Origin: Candidatus Nomurabacteria bacterium
GTDB taxonomy: Bacteria > Patescibacteriota > Minisyncoccia > Phycocordibacterales > UBA5272
Direction: 5' to 3'
Length of the DNA stretch: 64,000 bases
Assembly (NCBI GenBank): GCA_029288775.1
Contig: JARIGQ010000006.1
Coordinates: 120-64,119 of the forward strand
Below the pieces are notes generated by a model. That model made no database searches. It saw only the letters and a program-made list of their open reading frames with translations, and was not told the DNA's origin. Below, piece by piece: positions 53,620 to 62,998 of this stretch. How positions within the stretch are numbered: position 1 is the first letter of the stretch; every line of letters starts with the position of its first letter. Position numbers and translations under genes: made by a program.

Positions 53620-54630
53620 CTAAGCAATTGGCAGTGTAATGGTAACGAGCGTACCTTTCTGAAGTGTGCTTGAAATGGAAATTTCACCGTTGAATTTCTC
53701 TATAAATTCCTTTGCTATTGAGAGTCCTAGGCCTGAGCCTGTTTCGTCATTTCTAGAGTGTGATGCTTTATAAAATCGCTCAAAGATATGTACCAGATCT
53801 TGTTCGCTTATTCCAACCCCGGTATCTTCTATTGTAAGTAGAAACTGGTGATTCTTCTTACTAAGATTCACCCTAATTGACCCGCCTTTTGGAGTATAGT
53901 GAATGGCATTAAGGAGAATGTTTTGAATAGCGCGCACTAAATTTGATTCATGAGCTAGTACCGATCCATTTACATTAATCTCCTTTGTAAGAAGGATATC
54001 TTTTTCATCGGCTTGTGCTTGTACTTTTTCAAGAATTTTATAAAGGCATGAAGCATATTCTATACGTACCATTTGTTTTTCGTTGATATTTTCTCCACGA
54101 GCAAGTGTAAGTAAATCTTCAACTAAGGTAGACATTGCCTTAATCTCCTCTAAACCACTCCTAAGAACTTTCTTATAAGTATCGGGATCAGTGTGGTTTG
54201 CTTGAAGAGCCACCTCCATTTCAGTACGCATAATCGTAAGCGGAGTACGCAAGTCATGAGATGCGTCTGCTGTAAACCTCTTCTGCAAATCAAGATTTTT
54301 CTTTATAGGTTTGAGTGTCTTACCAGCTAAAAAATAACTCATGCATCCTATAATAACTAAAATGAAAATATCCGCACCTGTGGTTGCTGCTTGTGCCATG
54401 TCTTGCGTATTTTCAAAAAGCACGTGACGCTGATGGGGATCAGATATAGTAGCACTTAGTGTGTCACTCAGATTTTTTTCTATAACACTAAGCAGCACAA
54501 AACTGAAGATACTAATGATAAATATCATCGCTCCTAGATAATATGCAGTAAGCTTTAAGCGTGCCTGTTCAAAGGGATTATGCTGTAAGCTTGTAACCCA
54601 CTCCATGAATTGTTTCAAGTAATGTTTCAT
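53620..54630 (-). CDS. Sensor histidine kinase (HisKA plus HATPase_c)
   Basis: Two N-terminal TM helices. H box ASHDLRTPLT. N box LLNAIHYTPKGG. G1 DTGVGI. G2 GSGLGLSIAKE. The start is uncertain; the ORF overlaps the response-regulator stop. Confidence 0.85.
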   Translation of the reverse strand: MKHYLKQFMEWVTSLQHNPFEQARLKLTAYYLGAMIFIISIFSFVLLSVIEKNLSDTLSATISDPHQRHVLFENTQDMAQAATTGADIFILVIIGCMSYFLAGKTLKPIKKNLDLQKRFTADASHDLRTPLTIMRTEMEVALQANHTDPDTYKKVLRSGLEEIKAMSTLVEDLLTLARGENINEKQMVRIEYASCLYKILEKVQAQADEKDILLTKEINVNGSVLAHESNLVRAIQNILLNAIHYTPKGGSIRVNLSKKNHQFLLTIEDTGVGISEQDLVHIFERFYKASHSRNDETGSGLGLSIAKEFIEKFNGEISISSTLQKGTLVTITLPIA

Positions 54631-55249
54631 TATTGTTTTGAAGCTTCTTGCGAAGATTCTTAATGTGCACATCGATGACATTACTAAATGCATCGAATGT
54701 ATGATCCCATACATGGCTTATGATCTGATCTCTTGTAAGTACCTGGTTTGGGTTTCTCATGCAGTATTCTAATATTGCAAACTCTTTTACAGTAAGAGGA
54801 ACTTCAATCCCGCGTTTAGTGACTTTGCGCGTAGTTGCATTTAGCACTATATCATTTACAACAAGTTCTTGATGAAGTGCTGTGTGCGGGCGACGTAAAA
54901 GTGCCCGTATACGTGCCAAAAGCTCCTCAAAGGCAAACGGTTTTATAAGATAATCATCTGCTCCGGCATCGAGGCCCTCTATTTTGTTTTCTAACGTGTC
55001 TTTAGCGGTCAACATTAAAATAGGAATCATGATGTTCTTGCTACGAAGCGTAGAGCACACAGCTATCCCATCAACCTGCGGAAGCATGACATCAAGGATT
55101 ACAAGGTCAAAATTATAATATCCATACTCTAGTATGGAAAGTGCTTTCTTTCCGTCATGAGTAATATCGGCAGCATACCCATGCTGTTCGAGGCCCTCTT
55201 TTATGGATTTCGCCAATTTTTCCTGGTCTTCAACGACTAGAATCTTCAT
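54578..55249 (-). CDS. OmpR-family response regulator
   Basis: Receiver domain (MKILVVEDQ..., D in LVILDVMLP, K in LTAKD) and a winged-helix output domain (...HVWD...RKKL...IETIHGVGYKL). Confidence 0.9.
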   Translation of the reverse strand: MKILVVEDQEKLAKSIKEGLEQHGYAADITHDGKKALSILEYGYYNFDLVILDVMLPQVDGIAVCSTLRSKNIMIPILMLTAKDTLENKIEGLDAGADDYLIKPFAFEELLARIRALLRRPHTALHQELVVNDIVLNATTRKVTKRGIEVPLTVKEFAILEYCMRNPNQVLTRDQIISHVWDHTFDAFSNVIDVHIKNLRKKLQNNNETLLETIHGVGYKLTA

Positions 55250-55355
55250 ATACCTAGTATCCTATCAAGTTATGAAGAATACATGAAATGTAATCTTCAT
55301 AATAAATTCATCATTTTTTTATATGATTTTTATATATTAATAAGTACGCAATCAC

Positions 55356-56132
55356 ATGGACCATTCTTCAAAAAACACAGTTTCTAAAGTTGCGGCAGTT
55401 ACTTTCGGATTTTGGATCATAAAAGTCCTATGTACCACTCTTGGAGAAACCGGAGGTGACGCGGTCACCATGACGTGGAATCTTGGCTATTTGGTTGGTA
55501 CAGCAATTTTCCTTACTCTTCTTGTTGTGCTCATAGTTGTTCAGACAAAAGCAAAAACCTATCATCCATGGTTGTACTGGGCAACTATTATTGCTTCTAC
55601 TACAGCTGGCACAACGATGGCGGACTTTTTTGATCGGTCGCTTGGTATTGGATATACAGGCGGGTCACTCATATTAATTACTTGCGTTCTTGCAACCCTT
55701 GCATTGTGGAAGTGGGCTTGTGGAACAATTTCGGTAAACACTATCAATACCTCAAAAGCTGAGACGTTCTACTGGGTAGCAATTACCTTCTCGCAAACAC
55801 TTGGTACAGCTCTTGGGGACTGGATGGCTGATACAAATGATTTCGGATATCTGAAAGCCTCTTTGGTGTTTGGAGCAGGATTACTTGCCATAGCATTCAT
55901 GTACTACAAGACCAACATATCTCGTGTATGGTTATTTTGGGCAGCATTCATCCTCACACGCCCACTCGGTGCGACCCTAGGAGATTTTATTGACAAGCCT
56001 ATTGCCAAGGGTGGACTTAATTTCAGTAGACCTATGACATCCCTTATCCTGCTTGTTGCTGTAGGACTTCTCATCGCATTACTCCCCCAACGGGCTGGGA
56101 AACATTCTCCTGAGAGGATAGCATTACAATAA
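55356..56132 (+). CDS. Polytopic membrane protein with internal repeats, paralogue 1
   Basis: Repeated hhhhh-T-LG-T/E-x-G-D motifs (FWIIKVLCTTLGETGGD, ITFSQTLGTALGDWMAD, FILTRPLGATLGDFID). It resembles an uncharacterised conserved membrane-protein family often found next to two-component systems. The family name is not certain. Confidence 0.5.
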   Translation: MDHSSKNTVSKVAAVTFGFWIIKVLCTTLGETGGDAVTMTWNLGYLVGTAIFLTLLVVLIVVQTKAKTYHPWLYWATIIASTTAGTTMADFFDRSLGIGYTGGSLILITCVLATLALWKWACGTISVNTINTSKAETFYWVAITFSQTLGTALGDWMADTNDFGYLKASLVFGAGLLAIAFMYYKTNISRVWLFWAAFILTRPLGATLGDFIDKPIAKGGLNFSRPMTSLILLVAVGLLIALLPQRAGKHSPERIALQ

Positions 56133-56136
56133 AAAC

Positions 56137-56892
56137 ATGAAACCATCTTACCTAAACAAAGTACCAGAGATAACGCTCTACTTTTGGATCATAAAAATCC
56201 TTTGTACTACGGTGGGAGAGACTGGTGCTGATTTTTTAAACACTCAATTTAATCTTGGCCTCACGGGAACAACTCTTATTATGAGCATGTTACTTGCCCT
56301 AGCATTAGTTTTTCAATTCATCTCTCAAAGATACAGACCTCCCGCGTATTGGTTAGCCGTGGTACTTCTTAGTGTTGTTGGCACCCTCATTACTGATAAT
56401 TTAACTGATAACCTTAATATTCCGCTTGAGCTTACTTCTGGCATATTTGCGGTAATACTTGGTGTTGTGTTTGCAGTCTGGTACAAATACGAACGGACTC
56501 TTTCCATCCATTCAATTTATTCTGTACGAAGAGAAGCTTTTTACTGGTTGGCAATATTGTTTACCTTTGCTTTGGGTACTGCCGTGGGTGATCTCATTGC
56601 TGAAGCGTTCGGAATCGGATATCTTCTTTCTGCACTTATTTTTGCATGTATTATAGCCCTTGTATATGTTGCATTTAGATACTTTAAATTAAATGCCGTG
56701 CTCGCATTTTGGATAGCATATGTAGTTACTCGCCCACTCGGAGCTTCGCTTGGTGATTACCTTTCCCAAGCAAAATCAGATGGCGGACTGGAGTTAGGAA
56801 CTACTATAACGAGTGTATTGTTTCTTGTAGCAATCCTAAGTACGGTAGTGTATTTAACCGTAACCAAGAAGGACTCTTACGATAAAGAGTAA
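56137..56892 (+). CDS. Polytopic membrane protein with internal repeats, paralogue 2
   Basis: Same architecture and motifs (FWIIKILCTTVGETGAD, ILFTFALGTAVGDLIAE, YVVTRPLGASLGDYL). Tandem duplicate of the preceding gene. Confidence 0.5.
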   Translation: MKPSYLNKVPEITLYFWIIKILCTTVGETGADFLNTQFNLGLTGTTLIMSMLLALALVFQFISQRYRPPAYWLAVVLLSVVGTLITDNLTDNLNIPLELTSGIFAVILGVVFAVWYKYERTLSIHSIYSVRREAFYWLAILFTFALGTAVGDLIAEAFGIGYLLSALIFACIIALVYVAFRYFKLNAVLAFWIAYVVTRPLGASLGDYLSQAKSDGGLELGTTITSVLFLVAILSTVVYLTVTKKDSYDKE

Positions 56893-56896
56893 ACCT

Positions 56897-57550
56897 ATGA
56901 AAGTCTTTCTTGAAAAGCATATTATCTTTTGGAAAGATAAGGCTATAAGACGACATGTACTTGTAAGTGTTTTGCTTCTTGTGATTGCAATGGCGCTGAC
57001 ATATTTTGCAACTAGATATACAAATCGTCATGCTGGTGATGTTGCTTCTGATTTGCTCTTAGACAATCTACCTGTATACCAAGTAAGTTACATATTTTTT
57101 CAAGGTGCTTTTACATTTGTGATTGTAGTTCTAGGGATCCTTTTTGTTGAGCCTAAATATATACCTTTTGTCTTTGAATCGAGTGCTCTCTTTTTCGCAA
57201 CCCGCTCATTCTTTATGGTGATGACACATTTGTCTGCTCCAAATGTGGAGTACTATAACTATATCCAGCACGAGCATCATGCTCAAGAGGTATTGTTTAC
57301 GGTAAGTTCCGGCAATGATTTATTTTTCTCGGGACACGCCGGGTTTCCATTTCTTCTGGCGTTGGTCTTTTGGAAGATCCCCAAACTAAGATACTTCTTT
57401 CTTGTGTGTTCTTTTATTGGAGCCTGTGCTGTTATATTAGGACATCTCCATTATTCAATTGATGTATTCTCATCTTTCTATATAGCCTTTGGAGTATTTC
57501 ATACCGCCAAGTTTTTCTTTAAGAAAGAATTTGATATTTCACATTCATGA
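56897..57550 (+). CDS. PAP2-like superfamily membrane protein (PAP2_3 / IPC-synthase-like)
   Basis: FFSGHAGFPF (the SGH motif) and GHLHYSIDVFSS (HxxxD). It lacks the KxxxxxxRP motif. Confidence 0.5.
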   Translation: MKVFLEKHIIFWKDKAIRRHVLVSVLLLVIAMALTYFATRYTNRHAGDVASDLLLDNLPVYQVSYIFFQGAFTFVIVVLGILFVEPKYIPFVFESSALFFATRSFFMVMTHLSAPNVEYYNYIQHEHHAQEVLFTVSSGNDLFFSGHAGFPFLLALVFWKIPKLRYFFLVCSFIGACAVILGHLHYSIDVFSSFYIAFGVFHTAKFFFKKEFDISHS

Positions 57551-58122
57551 CTTTAGACCATATCATCACGTTCATAAGTCAGTATGGTTATTTGCCACTT
57601 TTTCTCATTGCTATCATTGAAGGCCCGATAATTATTATCATTGGAGGCTTTCTTGCATCCATACATGTATTAAATATCTATGTGGTATATGTTATTGCCG
57701 TATTGGGTGATGTTATCGGGGACGCAATCTATTACTGGATAGGACGTAGAGGAAGGAAGTCTATACTCCCTAAATATGGTAAATATTTAGGAGCAACTGA
57801 AGAAAGACTTAAAAGAGCAGAAGATCACTATGGGAAGCATCTATTGAAAACTATCCTTCTTTCAAAGCTAAGTCAGGTGGGTATAACCACCATGATTGTC
57901 TTGGCTGGAGTAACAAAAGTGGATTTTAGGAAATTCATGGGAATCATCTTCCTTGTAAGTCTGGTAAAAGGATTAGTATTTACTCTCATTGGGTACTATT
58001 TTGGAAGTTCGTATCAGGTAATTGGAAAGTATTTAGACAAATATACTCTGGCGGGCACCATTGTAATTATTGTCGCGATCATTATATATGGCGTGTACAG
58101 GAAAAGAAAAACCAATGAGTAA
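57547..58122 (+). CDS. DedA-family membrane protein
   Basis: LPLFLIAIIEGPIIIIIGGFLAS...LGDVIGDAIYYWIGRRGRK is the DedA/SNARE-associated signature. Confidence 0.8.
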   Translation: MTLDHIITFISQYGYLPLFLIAIIEGPIIIIIGGFLASIHVLNIYVVYVIAVLGDVIGDAIYYWIGRRGRKSILPKYGKYLGATEERLKRAEDHYGKHLLKTILLSKLSQVGITTMIVLAGVTKVDFRKFMGIIFLVSLVKGLVFTLIGYYFGSSYQVIGKYLDKYTLAGTIVIIVAIIIYGVYRKRKTNE

Positions 58123-58804
58123 TATATCTTGTATCATTCCAGCGTTTAATGAAGAGGAGAACCTAAGGCATACCCTGAGGGCTGTAACAGGTATTTCCTC
58201 CTTACTTAAAGAGATCATTGTTATTGATGACGGGTCCACGGATAGGACTGCTGATATAGTGAGGGAATTTAGTTCTGTACATGTATATACTCAACCTAAC
58301 CAAGGTAAAACACAAGCGGTTACGAATGGGATAGAGAAGTCCACAGGAGACTATATTCTCCTCCTTGATGCCGATCTTAAAGGTATTACTTCTCGTGCAA
58401 TCAAAAACCTTATACAGCCTATTTTAGACAATAGTGCTCAAGTGAGTATGAGTATGCGAGAAAACACTCCTTATTGGATGAAAATGATTTCACTTGATTT
58501 TATGTCGGGGGAACGTCTTTTCCCCAAGGAAATGGTGATAGGAAAGTTAGATGAAATGAAGAAGATGAAAAGTTTTGGACTAGAAGTTTACTTAAATCAG
58601 CTCATACTAGAACGTAACTACAAAGTAACGTCTGTTCTCTTGAATGGAGTGTTTAATAATTTTAAATGGAATAAACGGGGCCTCTGGAAAGGAATCAAAG
58701 ATGAGCTTTCTATGTGGAAGGATATTTTTTCAGTAGTATCTCCTATTCGATTAGTGAAAGATGTATTTTATCTTTCAAAACTTGTACATGAAAAGCAAAA
58801 ATAG
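58115..58804 (+). CDS. GT2 glycosyltransferase, polyprenyl-phosphate sugar transferase type (ArnC/DPM1-like)
   Basis: MSNISCIIPAFNEEENL, VIDDGSTDRT, LLLDADL. Small soluble GT2 domain with a C-terminal amphipathic tail. ATGAGTAA overlap with dedA. Confidence 0.75.
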   Translation: MSNISCIIPAFNEEENLRHTLRAVTGISSLLKEIIVIDDGSTDRTADIVREFSSVHVYTQPNQGKTQAVTNGIEKSTGDYILLLDADLKGITSRAIKNLIQPILDNSAQVSMSMRENTPYWMKMISLDFMSGERLFPKEMVIGKLDEMKKMKSFGLEVYLNQLILERNYKVTSVLLNGVFNNFKWNKRGLWKGIKDELSMWKDIFSVVSPIRLVKDVFYLSKLVHEKQK

Positions 58805-59864
58805 AAATTTCAATAAAGAATATTTTAATCTCTGGAAGGAACTTCCTTTGTTTGTGCTTTGTTTTATCAGATCTCTATTTCTTAAAAAGAAACAGAACAG
58901 CAAAAGAATTCTTATTGTAACACCGTGCCTCATAGGGGAATTTGTTGCAATTATTCCAGCTATTTTTGATTACATAGAAAGATACAAAGATTATGAGATA
59001 GATATTTTAGTAACCCCACAGTTAGAAGAGTTAGCTCGTAAAATTAAAGGTATTAAAGATGTTTACGTTACAAGTTCAGTGTATGAAAGGTTTGAAGAAA
59101 AAAAGATCACAGTAACTTTTCCTGCTTATAAAGCAACTCTTTGCCTTCGCATGAGTCCGCAAGCCTATAAAATAGTTAAATCACTTAATACAAATACAAT
59201 ATTTACCTTTACTACACCAATTCTTGCCTATGGACTTCATCTTCTACTTTGTCTAGTTAAGAGAACGAATCCAAAACGTTGGAGAGATGTCACTTTTGAA
59301 ATACTGCGAGGGGTAGACAGAAAGCTGCCAATTGATGATATGGTCATTCTTAATAAAGATAGCCCTATTAATTCATTACCAGGTAAGAAGATTGTACTAC
59401 ACACAACTGCGCACTGGGAAAATAAAAACTGGAGCAAGAACAAATGGATTGAATTACTCACTAAGATTAATTCTCTTGGAAATTTTTCCTTTATATTTAT
59501 AGGCGGAAAAGAAGACATGGAGACTTACAATCATATTTCAAAAAGTGTGTCATTTGAAACCTATTCTCTCATTTCAAAAACAAACCTTTCGGACACGCTA
59601 TCTCTTATGAGGGACGCAGATTACTTTATCGGTATTGATAGTGGGCCTAGTAATATGGCACACTTAGTTGGAATTAGAAGTATTACGCTTGTTGGGGTTT
59701 CTCCAAATATGTATATTTCCCCACATGAAGAAGATATCACGATTGATAAAACAGGAAAAAACAATTTACTTGCCATGTTTTTAAAGCTACAACACCCACC
59801 AATTAATCGAATCACTGCCGATGAAGTTTTTATTGAACTTGATAGTTGGGTCCATGGCACTTAA
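58788..59864 (+). CDS. GT9-family glycosyltransferase (heptosyltransferase-like)
   Basis: ILIVTPCLIGEFVAIIPAI (compare GDxL/V in RfaC/RfaF), and a C-terminal DADYFIGIDSGPSNMAHLVGIRSITLVG matching the GT9 donor-binding motif. Confidence 0.65.
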   Translation: MKSKNRNFNKEYFNLWKELPLFVLCFIRSLFLKKKQNSKRILIVTPCLIGEFVAIIPAIFDYIERYKDYEIDILVTPQLEELARKIKGIKDVYVTSSVYERFEEKKITVTFPAYKATLCLRMSPQAYKIVKSLNTNTIFTFTTPILAYGLHLLLCLVKRTNPKRWRDVTFEILRGVDRKLPIDDMVILNKDSPINSLPGKKIVLHTTAHWENKNWSKNKWIELLTKINSLGNFSFIFIGGKEDMETYNHISKSVSFETYSLISKTNLSDTLSLMRDADYFIGIDSGPSNMAHLVGIRSITLVGVSPNMYISPHEEDITIDKTGKNNLLAMFLKLQHPPINRITADEVFIELDSWVHGT

Positions 59865-59930
59865 TTGGTACTACTCAATTTCACCAAGCGGTGGAATGTA
59901 TATGGATGTATCATTTAACTCTCTAAATAC

Positions 59931-59962
59931 AGTTCTAACTTCCTCTACTACGGCACACAAAC
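59931..59962 (+). repeat. att-like degenerate copy of the tRNA-His 3' end (junction 2/3)
   Basis: AGTTCTAACTTCCTCTACTACGGCACACAAAC. Confidence 0.5.
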
Positions 59963-60028
59963 TAATTTTTACTAAGAATCTCCTTATGAAAGGGGGGGTT
60001 TTTAGTTCTAACCTAAGCCATTGCATTA

Positions 60029-60072
60029 GGTGTGGAGAGGTGTAGGGTAAAGTCCAAAAGAGAGATAGACTT
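60029..60072 (+). promoter_or_regulatory. Conserved 44-nt island motif, copy c
   Basis: GGTGTGGAGAGGTGTAGGGTAAAGTCCAAAAGAGAGATAGACTT, 6 nt before the ATG at 60079. Confidence 0.5.
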
Positions 60073-60078
60073 AAACAT

Positions 60079-60903
60079 ATGCTGTATTTTCTGCTAACTA
60101 TTATAGCCATAGGGGTTTTACTAATGAGTGAGCCAGGAAAAGCATTACTTAGATTCTTTTTGGGAGGAGGGTTGTTATTGGCGATATTGGGTGTAGTGCT
60201 AGCTATTTTATTTTTTGGTTTCTTTTTTATACACGATAATTTTCAAGAGATTTTAAACGTAATTGGAATTTTGCTCGTATTTGGAATTGGTATTTTTATA
60301 TTCGACAAAATTCAGAAATGGACCAGTAAGCATATTAAAGAGAGACACAAGAAATGGATTCCATGGTTATTGGTATTTTCGCCTGTTTTAATTCTTATTA
60401 TCGCTATACCAATTATGTGGGTTTCCTCAACGAACTCAACATCACAAGTAATAAATCAGGATATTCCAGCTATAGGAGCAAATGAGGAATATGCATCAAC
60501 CTCAAAATCCTTTAAGACTTTTAGTAACGAGCTATTTTCTTTCCAATACCCATCGCATCTTAAAGTTTTCCAAGACCCAAATAGCCCAGGTCAAATCTTT
60601 CTTTTAACTACTGAACAACCCGAAAAAGATGCTCGTGCAATAGTCGTTAGTTATGCAAATAACATTAACAATTTGACCCCAGAACAATGGATGCTTGGAC
60701 CTTACTCTGGTTATGATAAAAAAACTCAATTATTTAGAACTAAAATAGACGGGCAAGACGCCGTGTATGTTAAAGGCGGAATGTGGACGGTTGTAGATAC
60801 ACCAGATAAGAAGGTGCAGATAAGTATCGCGGACTTCCCATTTGAACAGTCTGAACTTTGGACTGAGATGGGAATAGTAATCCAAAGTTTTAAATTTAAG
60901 TAA
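60079..60903 (+). CDS. Membrane protein with three N-terminal TM helices and an extracytoplasmic C-terminal domain (274 aa)
   Basis: Hydrophobic helices within 1-110, then a soluble domain. No motifs recognised. Confidence 0.4.
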   Translation: MLYFLLTIIAIGVLLMSEPGKALLRFFLGGGLLLAILGVVLAILFFGFFFIHDNFQEILNVIGILLVFGIGIFIFDKIQKWTSKHIKERHKKWIPWLLVFSPVLILIIAIPIMWVSSTNSTSQVINQDIPAIGANEEYASTSKSFKTFSNELFSFQYPSHLKVFQDPNSPGQIFLLTTEQPEKDARAIVVSYANNINNLTPEQWMLGPYSGYDKKTQLFRTKIDGQDAVYVKGGMWTVVDTPDKKVQISIADFPFEQSELWTEMGIVIQSFKFK

Positions 60904-61030
60904 TATGAAAAAATTTCTTTATAACAATTGGCTACAAATTCTAATTCTTTTACTAATATTTATGTTTTATAGACAATATAATATAGATAGGAATCTCCTT
61001 ACATAAGAGGGGAGTACCTTTTCATCTAAC

Positions 61031-61330
61031 ATGTGGTGCTATACTTTTCGAATGGACCAATTCAAACCCAAGGAAAATAAAATTGAATCTCTACCGCAAA
61101 TGACATTGGGGGATGTGACATCCTTTATCCAAGATTGGAAACAAATGCTCGAAAGTGACTTTGTAAACGTTTCATTGATTGATAAAATCCTTAAAAATAT
61201 CAAAGAAGCTAAAGAGACATTAATCAAGGTCACACCAGAGAATGATGATCAAGAAGAGCGGATTAAGTCCGTTCTACAAGATTTGGATGACTTAGAAACT
61301 ACTTGTAATCAACGCAAGACGTTACATTAA
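61031..61330 (+). CDS. Hypothetical small protein (99 aa)
   Basis: Acidic, helical-looking. Its stop lies within the att-like repeat. Confidence 0.3.
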   Translation: MWCYTFRMDQFKPKENKIESLPQMTLGDVTSFIQDWKQMLESDFVNVSLIDKILKNIKEAKETLIKVTPENDDQEERIKSVLQDLDDLETTCNQRKTLH

Positions 61331-61353
61331 TTCAGTTCTAATTATCTCCACCA
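61324..61353 (+). repeat. att-like degenerate copy of the tRNA-His 3' end (junction 3/4)
   Basis: AGTTCTAATTATCTCCACCACAGCACACCA. Followed at 61357-61400 by a 17-bp perfect inverted repeat, CCACAAACAAAAAGCAG tcgcaagg CTGCTTTTTGTTTGTGG. Confidence 0.55.
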
Positions 61354-61547
61354 CAGCACACCACAAACAAAAAGCAGTCGCAAGGCTGCTTTTTGTTTGT
61401 GGTGTGCCGTCGAGGTGGGAAGAGGGTCGGAGAAACGGGAGTTTCTCCGTGGCGGAAAACAGCAAGCTTGCGAGCGTTAGAAACCGAGGGGTTTCTAAGC
61501 CAGCCAATAGCTGGCCGATAAGGCACACGGGTTGACTATTGCAATAT

Positions 61548-61591
61548 AGTGTGGAGAGGTGTAGGGCAAAGGCAAAAATAGGAGTAAACTT
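61548..61591 (+). promoter_or_regulatory. Conserved 44-nt island motif, copy d
   Basis: AGTGTGGAGAGGTGTAGGGCAAAGGCAAAAATAGGAGTAAACTT, 31 nt before the ATG at 61623. Confidence 0.5.
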
Positions 61592-61622
61592 AAGACAACG
61601 CAATTAACAATAATAACCAGAT

Positions 61623-62810
61623 ATGTTTTGTAAAAAATGTGGTAACAATGTTTCGGCTGGCACAAAATACTGTGGCAAATGTGGAGAAAGGGTCGCTGAC
61701 ATTCCTAATGGTGACTACTCCAAGTATGTTGCTAGTCGAAGTAAGCGCTTTACCAACTATGTACTGGACCATATCTTCGGAATAATTCCTGTTTTCGTTT
61801 TTGTAACTATATGGGGGCTCGTAGGTTTTATCAATTCAGTTACTGGAAGCGAGGGAAATATTGCTTCTGAAATTACAAGCAGAATAATTCCTTTTCTAAT
61901 TGGGTTGTCAGTTTTAGGAGTTTTCCCTTTTTATCATGTTTTCTTTGAATACTTCTGGCAAAAGACACCAGCAAAATGGGTAACAAAAACTAAAGTTGTT
62001 AAGTTGGATGGTTCAAAGCCTGGCTTTTGGAGATTGATGGGAAGGAACTTTGCCCGATGGATTCCTTTCGAAGCTCTATCTTTTCTTTTTACTACTTATC
62101 CGAGAGGTTGGCACGATAGAGTAAGTGGAACCATGGTGGTGCCCGATAACTATACAACCCATGATGTACTTGCAACTAACCCTAGGAGTTCTGGTAAACT
62201 TTCAAAAACCTCTTTTGTACTTTCAGTAATTCTCGCCATTCTGTACGTTCTTGGCCTGCTTACGGGAGGTATAATCAATAGTGCTAATAATAATTCAGAA
62301 GTAAGCAAAGACTCATGGGTGAATTATGTTTCCACTGAGGATTCTTTTACTGTTTTGTTGCCTAAGTATCCAACCATAGAAAAGAAACAAGATATACCTA
62401 TAGAGGATTCTGACGTTACCTATGGTTACCATGAGTATCAAGCTGTGGACGGAAAGACATCATACTTTATTTTTAAATATGCTTATTCGGGGCTAAACAT
62501 TCAAGACGAAGACAAGGCGCTTAATCTTCTTGTTAACGGAATGGTTAACGCAACCGATGCAGAGAATCCTATTTCTTCGTTTGGATATTATAAAGGTTAC
62601 AGAAGTATAGACTTTTCATTTACTGCGAAGGGAGAGATGATAAAAGGTCGAGCGATGGTGGTAGGGCAGACCCCGTACCTCTTAATGATGGACTACTACC
62701 CAGAAAATTATAAAGAAGAAAATTATAACAAGTTCATAGATTCTTTTGTTATAAATTCATCCCAAAGCAATAATGAGTCACCACTTTTACTCCGTTTACT
62801 GCCACTTTAG
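61623..62810 (+). CDS. Zinc-ribbon plus RDD-family membrane protein with an extracytoplasmic C-terminal domain
   Basis: N-terminal CKKCGNNVSAGTKYCGKCG zinc ribbon. RDD hallmarks (R...D in RFTNYVLDHIFG; GWHDRVSGTMVV). Further TM helices. A roughly 170-aa C-terminal soluble domain. Confidence 0.6.
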   Translation: MFCKKCGNNVSAGTKYCGKCGERVADIPNGDYSKYVASRSKRFTNYVLDHIFGIIPVFVFVTIWGLVGFINSVTGSEGNIASEITSRIIPFLIGLSVLGVFPFYHVFFEYFWQKTPAKWVTKTKVVKLDGSKPGFWRLMGRNFARWIPFEALSFLFTTYPRGWHDRVSGTMVVPDNYTTHDVLATNPRSSGKLSKTSFVLSVILAILYVLGLLTGGIINSANNNSEVSKDSWVNYVSTEDSFTVLLPKYPTIEKKQDIPIEDSDVTYGYHEYQAVDGKTSYFIFKYAYSGLNIQDEDKALNLLVNGMVNATDAENPISSFGYYKGYRSIDFSFTAKGEMIKGRAMVVGQTPYLLMMDYYPENYKEENYNKFIDSFVINSSQSNNESPLLLRLLPL

Positions 62811-62998
62811 TAATTCCAGCCGCAATGAGGAGTTGCGCTTCCACTACTTGTAATGTCGTCAGATATTACAGCGAAACGGCTGTAGTAAAAATTGTTGGTA
62901 TAGATTCTACTGGAAAGTGGTACAACATAAACGCCAAGGATGATTACGGTAACCCCTTGGAAGGATGGATGACGGTATCAGCTTTTTAAATAAAATAT

